64,000 nucleotides of DNA from Patescibacteria group bacterium (lineage in GTDB: Bacteria; Patescibacteriota; Patescibacteriia; Magasanikbacterales; GWA2-37-8). Each line of letters opens with the position of its first letter. The stretch's first letter is position 1. The notes under the pieces are model-generated. The model was not told the origin of the DNA. It saw only the letters and a program-made list of their open reading frames with translations, and did not search any database. This document shows, piece by piece, positions 1 to 9,231 of this stretch. Location: NCBI GenBank assembly GCA_022710645.1, contig JAKLGL010000002.1, positions 14,337-78,336 on the forward strand. The letters run 5' to 3'. The translations under genes and the position numbers were made by a program.

Positions 1-1753
1 TTTGACATTTTGTTTCTCCGGGTTTTAATTCTTCGCTGACTTTTTCTATCGGATCACCGGATGGAATCCAACGCGAGACGATAGGATGAGTGTAAAAACC
101 CTGTCGACCATCCGACTTACCCCAAAGTAAAAATTCCAATTTCTGTTTTTTAAAATCTATTTTTGTTTGCAACAAAAGATAACTGCCGGTGTCATTTTTA
201 AATCTAAAATCTAAAATAGGCTCGTAAAGCGCGGCATCGGTTCCGGGATTTTTATTTACCGGATCGGCATAATAACTGACGACCAAACTGTGGTTATGGC
301 GTTCTGTAATATCCATACCTGAATTCATCGCCATACGAAAAAGAGTTGTTCCGATTTGACACATTCCTCCGCCGATTTCTTTTTCTATTTTATCGCCTTT
401 TATCACTTCTTCCGGCAAATAACCGTTTTCTGCTGTAAAAGGTCCGGCATATTTAACAGCGGAAAATTCTTCATCCGGAGCTATCAGAGTTCCATTGAGA
501 CGCTCCACGGCATGCGCAATATTTTTTATACGATTACTATGACTGTCCAAGAAAGTAGAAATACCCGTACCCAAGAGGTCTTTGATCCCTAGATCGTTTA
601 TCTGGCCCAATTTCAACTCCGATTCTGTTTTTTCCACAATCAAACTTACCGCCGGAGTCGTTGTTCTTTGTTCGCAAGTTCGCTGTTTAAAATTATTTGT
701 TATTTCAGTTATAGATTTTTCTATATCCAAATTCAAACCTTTTTCTCCGCTTTTGAATTCTCGCACTTTTCCGTCAACAATAGAAAATTTCGGATTTTCA
801 ACCGGCACATCCACGATGCTTTTGACGCTTTGCAAATAAGCGACAATTTTTTCACGATTGAGATCAAAATACAAATTACCACCATCGTCTTTGTCGGCTG
901 ATAACCATTTACTTATCTCTCCGACGCGAATAGTAAAATCTTCCTCGTTTCCTTCCAGGTTTTTATAGCTCAGAGTCAAATCACCGCAATTGATCAATTT
1001 TTGTATTTGTTCTTGTCGATTCTGTAAATCTCCGGAAAGAACTTTTGGCAAGAATTGATGACGTTCTATTTTAACGGTTTCCAAATTTAGATTTTTCAAA
1101 TTTTTCGCCGTATCTTCGGTAATTTTGTCATAATCGAAAACTTGACCGATTTTTTCCGAAACAATTTCGTATTTAAGTGGCATCAGTGAAGTTATTTGTA
1201 TATCGGCATTATGAGCTTTATCTTCGCTTTTATCCAAAGATAAGCGTAAATTTTCCTTAAAATTAAAAGTATCAAATTTTAAATCAAATTCTGTTTTTTT
1301 GTTTTTTATCAAAAGCCATAATGGATCGACATATTGTCGCCAACCGGAACTCTCTCTACCGTAAGACATAACTTTATTTACAAATTCTTCGCTGTAAAAA
1401 TTGATAAGCGGCAAGCTATCTTCCCCTCTTATTAACACTGTCTCCACTTTGAAATCGCGACGATCGCCGTTTTCCAAAAGAAAATAATTCAAATCTTCGG
1501 CCATCAAACGATCATTGAGGTTGTCCACGAAATTTTTCAATTCCTCTTTTTTCATACCGCCCAAATCATAAGCGCCCAAAAATATTCCCGGATAAACGCG
1601 ATCAGTATAATATTTTTTATAAACAAAAACACTTGCGATAAAACAAGCGCCTAATACCAAAACAACGGCTAAAATTTTGAGAATTGTTTTTAGTCGTTTT
1701 CGAGGTTGTTCTTGCTGGAGAACTGGGATTTGCACACCCGGAATATTTTCCAT
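1..1753 (-). CDS. VanW-domain protein. N-terminal TM anchor. The start codon is at 1751-1753; the C-terminal end runs off the window start (partial).
   Basis: Minus-strand reading frame open from the ATG at 1751-1753 to position 1. Begins MENIPGVQIPV, followed by a hydrophobic segment. Contains GGGMCQIGTTLFRMAMNSGMDITERHNHS, which matches the VanW-family core. Absent from the ORF track because no stop falls in the window. Confidence 0.7.
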   Translation of the reverse strand, partial: MENIPGVQIPVLQQEQPRKRLKTILKILAVVLVLGACFIASVFVYKKYYTDRVYPGIFLGAYDLGGMKKEELKNFVDNLNDRLMAEDLNYFLLENGDRRDFKVETVLIRGEDSLPLINFYSEEFVNKVMSYGRESSGWRQYVDPLWLLIKNKKTEFDLKFDTFNFKENLRLSLDKSEDKAHNADIQITSLMPLKYEIVSEKIGQVFDYDKITEDTAKNLKNLNLETVKIERHQFLPKVLSGDLQNRQEQIQKLINCGDLTLSYKNLEGNEEDFTIRVGEISKWLSADKDDGGNLYFDLNREKIVAYLQSVKSIVDVPVENPKFSIVDGKVREFKSGEKGLNLDIEKSITEITNNFKQRTCEQRTTTPAVSLIVEKTESELKLGQINDLGIKDLLGTGISTFLDSHSNRIKNIAHAVERLNGTLIAPDEEFSAVKYAGPFTAENGYLPEEVIKGDKIEKEIGGGMCQIGTTLFRMAMNSGMDITERHNHSLVVSYYADPVNKNPGTDAALYEPILDFRFKNDTGSYLLLQTKIDFKKQKLEFLLWGKSDGRQGFYTHPIVSRWIPSGDPIEKVSEELKPGETKCQ

Positions 1754-1754
1754 A

Positions 1755-2192
1755 TTATTCTTCAACTATATATACGGGAATATTCACATCGCTTTTGGCT
1801 TTGGGGATACGAATAGTCAATAATCCGTTTCTATATTCCGCATTGGCATTTTCCACTTTTACATCCGTCGGCATGACTATACTGCGAGAAAATTTACCAA
1901 AATAACACTCTTTGTGATGATAATATGCGCCACTTGGGATATTACTATAGCGCTCTCCTTTGATAGTTAGTAGATCATTATGCAAATGTAATTCCAAATT
2001 TTTGGCCAATGTGCCAGCCATCGGACATAACACAATAATTTCAGTTTCCGTTTCCGCCACATCTGCGCTTAACTGCCCTATTTCATTATTATCTTCCGAT
2101 GTCAGAGGTTTAAAAAAATCCTCGGAAAAATAATTTTCTGGTTGCAAATCCAAATTCAAATTGATTTTAGTAAATTTATCCGACATATTCAT
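1755..2192 (-). CDS. Hsp20/alpha-crystallin small heat-shock protein
   Basis: AEYRNGLLTIRIPK C-terminal signature of the alpha-crystallin domain. Likely start is MNMSDKF (ATG at 2190-2192) rather than the upstream M of the ORF. Confidence 0.85.
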   Translation of the reverse strand: MNMSDKFTKINLNLDLQPENYFSEDFFKPLTSEDNNEIGQLSADVAETETEIIVLCPMAGTLAKNLELHLHNDLLTIKGERYSNIPSGAYYHHKECYFGKFSRSIVMPTDVKVENANAEYRNGLLTIRIPKAKSDVNIPVYIVEE

Positions 2193-2197
2193 ATTTA

Positions 2198-2223
2198 AAA
2201 ACCGCCTGTTTCCAAGCGGTTTT
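2198..2223 (-). terminator. Hairpin AAACCGCCTGTTTCCAAGCGGTTT between the small upstream ORF and the Hsp20 start; terminator or attenuator
   Basis: Near-perfect inverted repeat with a short T-run on the minus strand. Confidence 0.35.
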
Positions 2224-2255
2224 ATTATACAATAAATAAGAAAAAGAGGCAAAAC

Positions 2256-2525
2256 TTAGGCATTGGCAATAGTGCCTTTTTCACGAGCGCTTTTAAACAT
2301 AGATATTTGGTCTTCCACTCTTGTTAATCTGTCTATTTCAGCCGCAGACGGATTTACCTTGCTTAACAAATTACCTCTTTCTCGCAACAAATCTCCCAAG
2401 GCTTCCCTTGCTTCATTGTCAAAATCCGTAGATGATAAATCGATAACCGGAACATCCTCGGACATTCTGGCGTTTTTAAATTTGAAATTTTCCGCTCCGG
2501 TCGGAGCACCGTTAGAATCACGCAT
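2256..2525 (-). CDS. Small acidic hypothetical protein (89 aa ORF; the start may be the internal MSEDVPV)
   Basis: ORF only; no recognisable motif. Confidence 0.35.
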   Translation of the reverse strand: MRDSNGAPTGAENFKFKNARMSEDVPVIDLSSTDFDNEAREALGDLLRERGNLLSKVNPSAAEIDRLTRVEDQISMFKSAREKGTIANA

Positions 2526-2608
2526 AATTTACAATTTTAAATTTTATTTAAAAATAATAACATGTTTTACTTGAATTGACAAAATTTATGTCACAATAAC
2601 CGCTAATT

Positions 2609-4096
2609 TTATAATTTTATTTCTTTGGTTATCCCGATATTTTCCAGAAATTTTTTATCATGCGAAATTACCAACAAAACTCCTTCATAATTATTCAAAG
2701 CGCTTTCCAATTTCTCTATCCCTTCCATATCAAGGTTATTTGTCGGTTCGTCCAAAATCAAAAGTTGTGGAGGTTTATTTCCCGACAACAGACAAGCGAG
2801 AGCTGCGCGAATTCTTTCTCCCCCGCTCAAAATTTCGATTTTTTTATTTACATCAATACCGCGAAAAAGAAACCGCACCAACATTTCTTTGGAAATTCCT
2901 TCGGTCAAACCGGAAAGACGCACCATATTTGTCAATAAAGTTTCTTCTCCTTTTAGTACAGTCGTGTCTTGATCCAAATAAACGACATTTTCTACTCCGA
3001 TTTTAATTTCACCTTTTTGCGGAACCAATTGTCCGATTAATAATTTCGCCAACGTGGTTTTTCCCGAACCGTTTTTCCCGCTCAAACAAAGTCGTTCCGG
3101 TCCGTAAATTTCCAAATTAAAATCATTTAAAATCTTTTTTTCTCCGTAAGCAAAATCAATTCCGATTGCTTTTATTACCATCTTATTCTTCGGCACGTAA
3201 GTTTTTGGCAATTTGATAACAATTTCGTTTTCCGGAGATATTTGTTTTTTGATTTCTTCAACTTTTTTCGCAATTGAAGCCACTGTTTTTTGATGTGTTT
3301 TTGTCAAACGAGAAGCAGTGGCTTGCGCCGTGTCTTTCATCAAATTAAGCATGGACTTCGGCATACCTATTTTTTGTCTATCTGTAATCCCCTTTTTCAT
3401 CCTTTTTTGTTGTTTTTCTTCGGTTTTTTTCGCTTGTTTTTCCGCTTTTTCTTTTTTCTGTTTAGCGGATACGAATTGCCTTTTCAAAGCTTCTTTTTCA
3501 ACTTCTTTTTGATATTGGTAACTTTCGAAATTTCCACCATAAATTTTCAAACCTTGCGGAGTCAATTCCATAATTCTATCCATTAAGTTCAGGAGTTCGC
3601 GATCGTGACTCACTATCAACAAACCTTTTTTCCAATCTTTTATCATTTGATAAATCACTTCTTTAGACTCGGCATCCAAATTATTTGTCGGTTCATCCAA
3701 AATAATAAATTCGGGATTTGAAGATAAAATTTTCACCAAAGCGATTTTCATTTTTTCGCCTCCGCTAAGTTCGGAAATATTGCGATTAAAATCTACGTCT
3801 TCCAATTGAAATTTTTTTAATATTTTAAAATCCGGTTCATCCAAAAATTCACTAACGGTTTTATTCGTATTTAAACTGAAATCCTGAGGTAAATAAGCGA
3901 TATTTTCTCCGATTTTCAAAGAACCGTTACTCAAACTAATTTCTTTGACTAAAATTTTTAACAATGTCGTTTTTCCAACCCCATTTTCACCAACTAAGCC
4001 GGTTCTTTCTTTATCTAAACTAAAAGACAACTCAGAAAATATCCGCGTTGAATCGTCTAAACTATAGCTTAAATTGTTGACATCTATATAACCCAT
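2609..4096 (-). CDS. ABC-F family ATPase: tandem ABC domains with a K/E-rich linker (ribosome-associated translation factor or resistance type)
   Basis: Two Walker A motifs (GENGVGKTT, GKNGSGKTT), two ABC signatures (LSGGEKMKIA, LSGGERIRAA), no TM domain, charged inter-domain linker. Confidence 0.85.
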   Translation of the reverse strand: MGYIDVNNLSYSLDDSTRIFSELSFSLDKERTGLVGENGVGKTTLLKILVKEISLSNGSLKIGENIAYLPQDFSLNTNKTVSEFLDEPDFKILKKFQLEDVDFNRNISELSGGEKMKIALVKILSSNPEFIILDEPTNNLDAESKEVIYQMIKDWKKGLLIVSHDRELLNLMDRIMELTPQGLKIYGGNFESYQYQKEVEKEALKRQFVSAKQKKEKAEKQAKKTEEKQQKRMKKGITDRQKIGMPKSMLNLMKDTAQATASRLTKTHQKTVASIAKKVEEIKKQISPENEIVIKLPKTYVPKNKMVIKAIGIDFAYGEKKILNDFNLEIYGPERLCLSGKNGSGKTTLAKLLIGQLVPQKGEIKIGVENVVYLDQDTTVLKGEETLLTNMVRLSGLTEGISKEMLVRFLFRGIDVNKKIEILSGGERIRAALACLLSGNKPPQLLILDEPTNNLDMEGIEKLESALNNYEGVLLVISHDKKFLENIGITKEIKL

Positions 4097-4140
4097 AAAA
4101 AATCATCAAAAATATCACCTTGAATTATAGAATCTTTTCC

Positions 4141-4169
4141 TTGACTTAGCAAATATTTTTTGCTAAAAT
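4141..4169 (+). promoter_or_regulatory. Sigma70-like promoter upstream of tRNA-Ser: TTGACT, 17 nt spacer, TAAAAT, with a TGc extended -10
   Basis: Hexamers at 4141-4146 and 4164-4169 with 17-nt spacing. The tRNA starts 15 nt downstream. Confidence 0.5.
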
Positions 4170-4183
4170 TTCCCTACGCCTTT

Positions 4184-4276
4184 GGAGAGGTGGCTGAGTT
4201 GGTCGAAAGCGGCACACTGCTAATGTGTTGTCTCGTTCTCAAGACGGGACCCAGGGTTCGAATCCCTGCCTCTCCG
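4184..4276 (+). tRNA. tRNA-Ser (anticodon GCU), long variable arm, no encoded CCA
   Basis: Acceptor GGAGAGG/CCTCTCC, D-arm, anticodon loop CUGCUAA, long variable arm, T-loop GGTTCGAATCC. Confidence 0.9.
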
Positions 4277-4466
4277 CATAAAAAATCACCGTAAGGTGAT
4301 TTTTTTATACGGGGAGGAGAAAGCAAAAAGTTTTTCTTTCGTCGGGGTGAGAACGCCGGAGCGATATTTTATGAGCTTGTGAGCGAATAAAATCGCGAGG
4401 CGGTGGCTAGCCCGAGGAGTTGGAAAACGACGAGAGGCGAAGCCGAATCCCTGCCTGCCTCTCCGC
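4271..4466. repeat. Left copy of a roughly 195 bp imperfect direct repeat. It starts in the last bases of tRNA-Ser, includes a terminator hairpin (ATCACCGTAAGGTGAT plus T-run) and a structured segment, and ends in a second, degenerate copy of the tRNA 3' end (CGAATCCCTGCCTGCCTCTCCGC).
   Basis: Near-identical to 9232-9424 (a few substitutions/indels). Confidence 0.85.
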
Positions 4467-4513
4467 CAGATGTCCAAGTTCGAACCGAAGCAGAATAAGT
4501 GTTTTTGGACAAT

Positions 4514-4548
4514 AAAAAACCAATTTCTTAAAGAAGTTGGTTTTTTTA
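4514..4548. terminator. Bidirectional rho-independent terminator (ACCAATTTCTTAAAGAAGTTGGT flanked by A/T runs)
   Basis: Perfect 10-bp stem with U-runs on both strands; lies just downstream of the minus-strand REase gene. Confidence 0.5.
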
Positions 4549-4556
4549 TTACTATT

Positions 4557-5342
4557 TTATTGTTTCTTATTGAATCGTTTAAAATAATTATCTATCTCAT
4601 CCCTAAGTTCAATTCCTACTCGTTCAAAACAATCTAGTAAATCTTTATATGTACCCTTACCATCAAGAAAATCCCAAAATTCATCGGCTACTTTAAGCTC
4701 ATTATCTAAATCAAGCATTCCTCGCATTGTCCATCGAGTATAAGGTTCTGGTTCGTAGGGATTATATGGAATTGCGATAAATGTGTTTATGTCAGCTTTT
4801 GGATTATTTGCTAAAATCACAGCAACCCACTCAAGTAATGTTCTTTTAAACTCCTTGAATCCTCCGGCGTTAGGTTTTGCAGTTTTAATATCAAATAAAT
4901 AATAACCTCCGTCTTTTGACTCAAACATCAAATCCACTTTGGTAGGCTTTGCTTTTATCATCTCGCCAGATTGGCAAACTTTTCTTATTCGTTCTATTTC
5001 TTCTTTTTTGTTTGGTGATGTTGTCGCTGTCGTTAATCCGTCAATAATTTTCTGTATTTCTGCTTGTGCGCCAGTGCTTATCCGATCTCCGGCAGTAGCC
5101 TGACATGTAGCCATTTTGAAATTCTTTTGTGCTAGAGCCAAGCCAACTGGTTCAAAAATACTTGTTCCAAAATTAGTATTTAGAGAGTGGATAAATGAAT
5201 AAAGTGCAAGTCTATCTTTACCCAAAAGACGAGTATGGAAAGGCATCGAAGCCGGTTCCGGTTTGTAATTTTGGAATTTATTTCTGAGACTTGCTTTTAG
5301 TACATCCTCAACATTTTTAACTTGTTCTTTTGATAGTGCCAT
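4557..5342 (-). CDS. Type II restriction endonuclease, TdeIII-like family
   Basis: 261 aa. The N-terminal region (MPFHTRLLGKDRLALYSFIHSLNTNFGTSIFEPV) resembles the RE_TdeIII family from memory. Immediately downstream of, and co-oriented with, a DNA methyltransferase. Confidence 0.55.
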   Translation of the reverse strand: MALSKEQVKNVEDVLKASLRNKFQNYKPEPASMPFHTRLLGKDRLALYSFIHSLNTNFGTSIFEPVGLALAQKNFKMATCQATAGDRISTGAQAEIQKIIDGLTTATTSPNKKEEIERIRKVCQSGEMIKAKPTKVDLMFESKDGGYYLFDIKTAKPNAGGFKEFKRTLLEWVAVILANNPKADINTFIAIPYNPYEPEPYTRWTMRGMLDLDNELKVADEFWDFLDGKGTYKDLLDCFERVGIELRDEIDNYFKRFNKKQ

Positions 5343-5346
5343 AAAA

Positions 5347-6921
5347 TTATTTTGATTTAAAATGAAAAATTATTTCGGAATATGGATTCCTATCCCGTTC
5401 TGTTCGATTCAAAACAGGTCTTTTAAATTGATTTACAATCTTCATTCCAGATTTTTCAGCAATTTCTGGATAAAGATTATATTTATCGTTTGCAACAAGG
5501 AAAATATCGTAATTTTCCTTTAAATATTTCTTGCAATTATTTAGAACATCAGCTATTCCCTGAGCATATGATCTGCGAGCCTCCTGTCCTTGCCCTTTAT
5601 AAAGCGGACCGATTTCTAGATCATCCTTTCGTTTAAATCCGAGCAAATCGTAAGCATAAGCGTGTTGCTCGTGATAATCTATTTGTCCAACATAAGGAGG
5701 CGAGCAAAATATACCTGAGATTTTTTGTTTTTTAAGAATCTTTGCAAATTCCGGATTCTGCTTTTCAACTTTTTCAAAAATATCCACAGCTCTTGAATCA
5801 CCAGCAATAGCTGAGTAATGGACTGGTTTTCGCAATCTTTCAAATTCTTTTATTCTTGAAACAGTGTCGTAAGCATAGCGATTAAGCATTGTTTTGATTG
5901 AAAACAACGGCTTGCAAATCTTTTTATGCTTGTAGCAATAATATGTAGTTAATTGTGGTTCTTTTAGGGTAGCAAGATCACTATGTGTTGTAGCTCTGCA
6001 TGACCTAATTGTTCGACTTAAAATTAAAGCCAGAATCTTTTTTGTTTTTAAATCTTTCTCTTGTTTTATGGTATTGAAAACATGATCAATTTCTTTTCTC
6101 ACACTATCCATAAACCAAGTATCCAAAAATGACTCTGCTTTATCCTGTTTCAATTTTATTGAATATTTTTTAAGTAATTTTTGATAGGTAGGCAAAAACT
6201 CTTTTTCTTTCTCTGATGAAAACTTTTTTTCATCAAAATTTCCTTGGTTTATTTTGTATTTAAAATCTGAACCGGGAAAATGCTTGTTATTAAACTTTGC
6301 CAATTCTGCCAACAATTCAGTTTCAAACTCCTGGATTTTATTATCATGTTCAAAAGTATCAATAGCCGAAAGCATTTTCTTTATCGCCTTCTGTAAATAT
6401 TCATGATCGTAATTTGTTGCTTTACAACTTGCAATCATGCAATTAAATTCGGACACATCAATACCAACAGAATGAATACCCATTTCCAATGATTGGATAA
6501 TTGTTGTGCCAGAACCAAGAAAAGGGTCGAGAACTATATCACCATTTTTAAAATAAACTTCTTTTTTAAAATCATCTGTATGGGAATCAATAAAATATTC
6601 AACAAGTTGTGGAATATATTTCCCTTTATATGGATGTAATCGATGAACATGCTTTGTTGTATCTTTTTCTCTAAGATTATCGAAAGATAATGCCCAGTTT
6701 AAATCATCACCGAGTTGCTTCTTCCAATCAATCTCTCGTTTACCTTTCCATGATTCGTAATACTTTTTCAAATCATTCAAATCAATAAGGGTTGACCCAT
6801 TTTCTCCAAGTTTCTTAACCTTTCCATACTGAACAAGGTAAGAAATATTTGTTGGTGATACTTCTTTTTCAAGGTAATCCGTCGCCCATTTTGATGCTTC
6901 GTGTATTGTTACTAATGACAT
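5347..6921 (-). CDS. Type II DNA methyltransferase, amino-MTase (N4-cytosine or N6-adenine). Motif I is DPFLGSGTT and motif IV is SPPY.
   Basis: DPFLGSGTT (AdoMet binding) near residue 133 and FCSPPY near residue 400. The SPPY form favours N4C. Four-nt gap to the REase gene. Confidence 0.85.
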   Translation of the reverse strand: MSLVTIHEASKWATDYLEKEVSPTNISYLVQYGKVKKLGENGSTLIDLNDLKKYYESWKGKREIDWKKQLGDDLNWALSFDNLREKDTTKHVHRLHPYKGKYIPQLVEYFIDSHTDDFKKEVYFKNGDIVLDPFLGSGTTIIQSLEMGIHSVGIDVSEFNCMIASCKATNYDHEYLQKAIKKMLSAIDTFEHDNKIQEFETELLAELAKFNNKHFPGSDFKYKINQGNFDEKKFSSEKEKEFLPTYQKLLKKYSIKLKQDKAESFLDTWFMDSVRKEIDHVFNTIKQEKDLKTKKILALILSRTIRSCRATTHSDLATLKEPQLTTYYCYKHKKICKPLFSIKTMLNRYAYDTVSRIKEFERLRKPVHYSAIAGDSRAVDIFEKVEKQNPEFAKILKKQKISGIFCSPPYVGQIDYHEQHAYAYDLLGFKRKDDLEIGPLYKGQGQEARRSYAQGIADVLNNCKKYLKENYDIFLVANDKYNLYPEIAEKSGMKIVNQFKRPVLNRTERDRNPYSEIIFHFKSK

Positions 6922-6930
6922 AAGTTTATT

Positions 6931-7554
6931 TTAAAATTCTTTTCTTAATACTCCTACGACCTTTCCTTGAATGACAACATTTGATTCGTAAAATGGCTTC
7001 ATTGTTTGGTTTGCCGGAACAAGTTTTATCCTATCCTTTTCTCTGTATATTTTTTTGAGTGTTACTTCGTTTCTATCCGGCATATACGCTACCGCCTTTT
7101 CTCCATCATCTACTGATTGCTGATCTCTCACAACGACGATGTCTCCGTCCGATATTCCTTCTTCAATCATACTCAGACCAGAAACTTTGAGTGCGTAGTA
7201 ATCATGTCCCAGGGAAAGCATACTTCGCGGTACTTCTATTGGTTTTGGGTCGCGGATGGCTTCAATTGGACCACCAGCAGAAATAATTCCCATTAGAGGT
7301 ATCATTACTTCTGGAACCCTGTGGTTGTGCAAAGCGTTGATTGATCGTTTTTTTCCTTTATCCACCAAAAGAAGATTTTTACTTCGCAAAGAATAAACAT
7401 GCTGATGAATTGTTGGCACTGAACGCTTAAAAAACTTGGCTATTTCTACCAGTGAAGGTGAGAAACCATTTTCTTGGCGATATTCCCGTGCAAATTGTAG
7501 GATTTCGGCTTCCCGTTTTGTAGGTTTACCTATTCCAATACTTGACTTCTTCAT
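6931..7554 (-). CDS. lexA: LexA-type repressor (N-terminal winged HTH plus S24 peptidase domain)
   Basis: Ala-Gly autocleavage site in IISAGGPIEA, catalytic Ser in GLSM, Lys in VTLKKI, N-terminal HTH. Confidence 0.8.
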   Translation of the reverse strand: MKKSSIGIGKPTKREAEILQFAREYRQENGFSPSLVEIAKFFKRSVPTIHQHVYSLRSKNLLLVDKGKKRSINALHNHRVPEVMIPLMGIISAGGPIEAIRDPKPIEVPRSMLSLGHDYYALKVSGLSMIEEGISDGDIVVVRDQQSVDDGEKAVAYMPDRNEVTLKKIYREKDRIKLVPANQTMKPFYESNVVIQGKVVGVLRKEF

Positions 7555-7578
7555 ATACCTAGAATTATAATACCTAAA

Positions 7579-7604
7579 GATAACCTAAACAAGAGCGGGT
7601 TATC
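7579..7604. promoter_or_regulatory. Candidate operator: perfect 7-bp inverted repeat GATAACC-N12-GGTTATC in the divergent lexA / 7633-gene intergenic region. A TTATCCACA DnaA-box-like 9-mer overlaps its right arm.
   Basis: Inverted repeat seen directly, centred between divergently transcribed genes. Confidence 0.4.
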
Positions 7605-7632
7605 CACACTATTAATAAATTAACAAAACACT

Positions 7633-8202
7633 ATGGAACAAGACAAAGAAATTTCGGCAATGAATGAAATTATTGCCTCATTAAACAATTTGGATGATGG
7701 ACAAAGACAGAGGGTTATGAAATATGTACTTGAACGATTTGGTGCTACAACCAATTCCCTAACAAACCCCTCAACATTTTCTCCGGTGTCTCAACCCGCT
7801 CCTCAATTCGATGAACTTGGAAGCAGTCAAGCCACAAGAGTAATTGACATCAGAGCTTTTAAAGAAGAAAAATCCCCCCGTTCTGCTATTCAAATGGCGG
7901 TTCTGGTCGCGTTCTATCTCCAAGAACTAGCTCCTTCTGATGAAAGAAAAGCAACTGTAGATTCTGGAGATATAGAAAAATATTTTAAGCAAGCAAGCTA
8001 TAAATTGCCTTCTGGTAAAAATGGAGCTGCAGATACTCTCACAAACGCTAAAAAGGCGGGGTATTTAGAGATAGCTGACCGTGGTACATATAAACTAAAC
8101 CCTGTCGGATATAATCTCATCGCCCACAGTTTGCCCAATGGCGATAGCGAGCTAAGAAAAACCAGGACCAAGGTAAAAAAGGTAAAGAAAGCTAAAAAAT
8201 AG
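7633..8202 (+). CDS. Hypothetical protein, 189 aa. Possible winged-helix-like C-terminal region and a basic lysine-rich tail.
   Basis: ORF with a 2-nt gap to the downstream gene (operon). Ends KTRTKVKKVKKAKK. Confidence 0.6.
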   Translation: MEQDKEISAMNEIIASLNNLDDGQRQRVMKYVLERFGATTNSLTNPSTFSPVSQPAPQFDELGSSQATRVIDIRAFKEEKSPRSAIQMAVLVAFYLQELAPSDERKATVDSGDIEKYFKQASYKLPSGKNGAADTLTNAKKAGYLEIADRGTYKLNPVGYNLIAHSLPNGDSELRKTRTKVKKVKKAKK

Positions 8203-8204
8203 TT

Positions 8205-9017
8205 ATGGATTCTGCTAATGACAACCTAGCAGAAAAACTGAAAGCCACCGAAAAGCTACTAAAAAGAGTTAATTCAATAAAATCTAAGCAGCTCGGTTCG
8301 ACTTCGGTTAAAGATGAGATAAAGGCTTTTGTAAAAGCCTATTTTGAAATTTTACAGTCCGATTTAAAGAATCGAAATATTTCAACAGGTGATCTTGATA
8401 TTGCAATGCAAAATTTAATAACTCTTGCAAATACCAAAGCTCTCACCTCGAAGTACAAAACTCTACTCAAGAAAGTTAAAATGGAATTGGTAATAGTAGA
8501 ATCATCGGGAACATACACTAGTCGTAATAGAGACGCGGGAGTACTAAGTAATGGATATGAACAAGCTATATTGAAAATCCTAAATCAAATCGTTCCTGCT
8601 ATTGGTAATTCATATCAACAAGTTTTGAATGATCTGAATTCTCCAAGAATTTCATATAGAGGCACTGTTGCCGAAATAAGAGAGGTTTTAAGAGAAACTC
8701 TTGATTACCTCGCTCCAGATGAGGATGTCAAAAACATGAAAGATTTTAAACTTGAAAAAGATATGACAAAGCCAACAATGAAACAAAAGGTTCGTTATGT
8801 CTTGAGTAACCGAGGAAAGTCAGAAACTGCTACAAAATCTCCCGAGGATGCTGCTCATATTGTTGATGATGGTGTAGAGAGGTTGGTTAGATCAACTTAT
8901 AATCGTGGGTCGTTATCCACCCACACAACTACTTCTGACAGAGCGGAAGCATGCCAAATAAAAATGTATCTTGATACAGTTCTTTGTGAATTATTAGAGA
9001 TACATAGCAAAAACTAA
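8205..9017 (+). CDS. Hypothetical protein, 270 aa. N-terminal helical/coiled region. A C-terminal R-x5-H (RGSLSTH) may be a HEPN-like motif; this is tentative.
   Basis: ORF only; the motif was noted by eye. Confidence 0.6.
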   Translation: MDSANDNLAEKLKATEKLLKRVNSIKSKQLGSTSVKDEIKAFVKAYFEILQSDLKNRNISTGDLDIAMQNLITLANTKALTSKYKTLLKKVKMELVIVESSGTYTSRNRDAGVLSNGYEQAILKILNQIVPAIGNSYQQVLNDLNSPRISYRGTVAEIREVLRETLDYLAPDEDVKNMKDFKLEKDMTKPTMKQKVRYVLSNRGKSETATKSPEDAAHIVDDGVERLVRSTYNRGSLSTHTTTSDRAEACQIKMYLDTVLCELLEIHSKN

Positions 9018-9231
9018 GGAGCCACTCATAGTAGACGGGGTATATGCGTGACGAAAGTAAATTTACATAAAATAATCTATCTCATTCTTTCCCTTTGTTG
9101 ATTTCGGTTGAGGAACTTCAAACCATTCAGGATGTTGTTTAAACATATCTCGTAATTCTTTTATAATTGGATCAAGAGTCCAGATTGTGAACCGTCTAAA
9201 TTGCCGTTTTGGTTCTAATTTCGGGACATCA

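Noticed and set aside
356-901. Three short plus-strand ORFs at the window start
   Set aside because: They are antisense to the long VanW-family reading frame that spans 1-1753 on the minus strand.
4286-4477. 63-aa minus-strand ORF
   Set aside because: It lies wholly inside the 195-bp direct repeat (tRNA-Ser trailer); it is Arg-rich and low-complexity.
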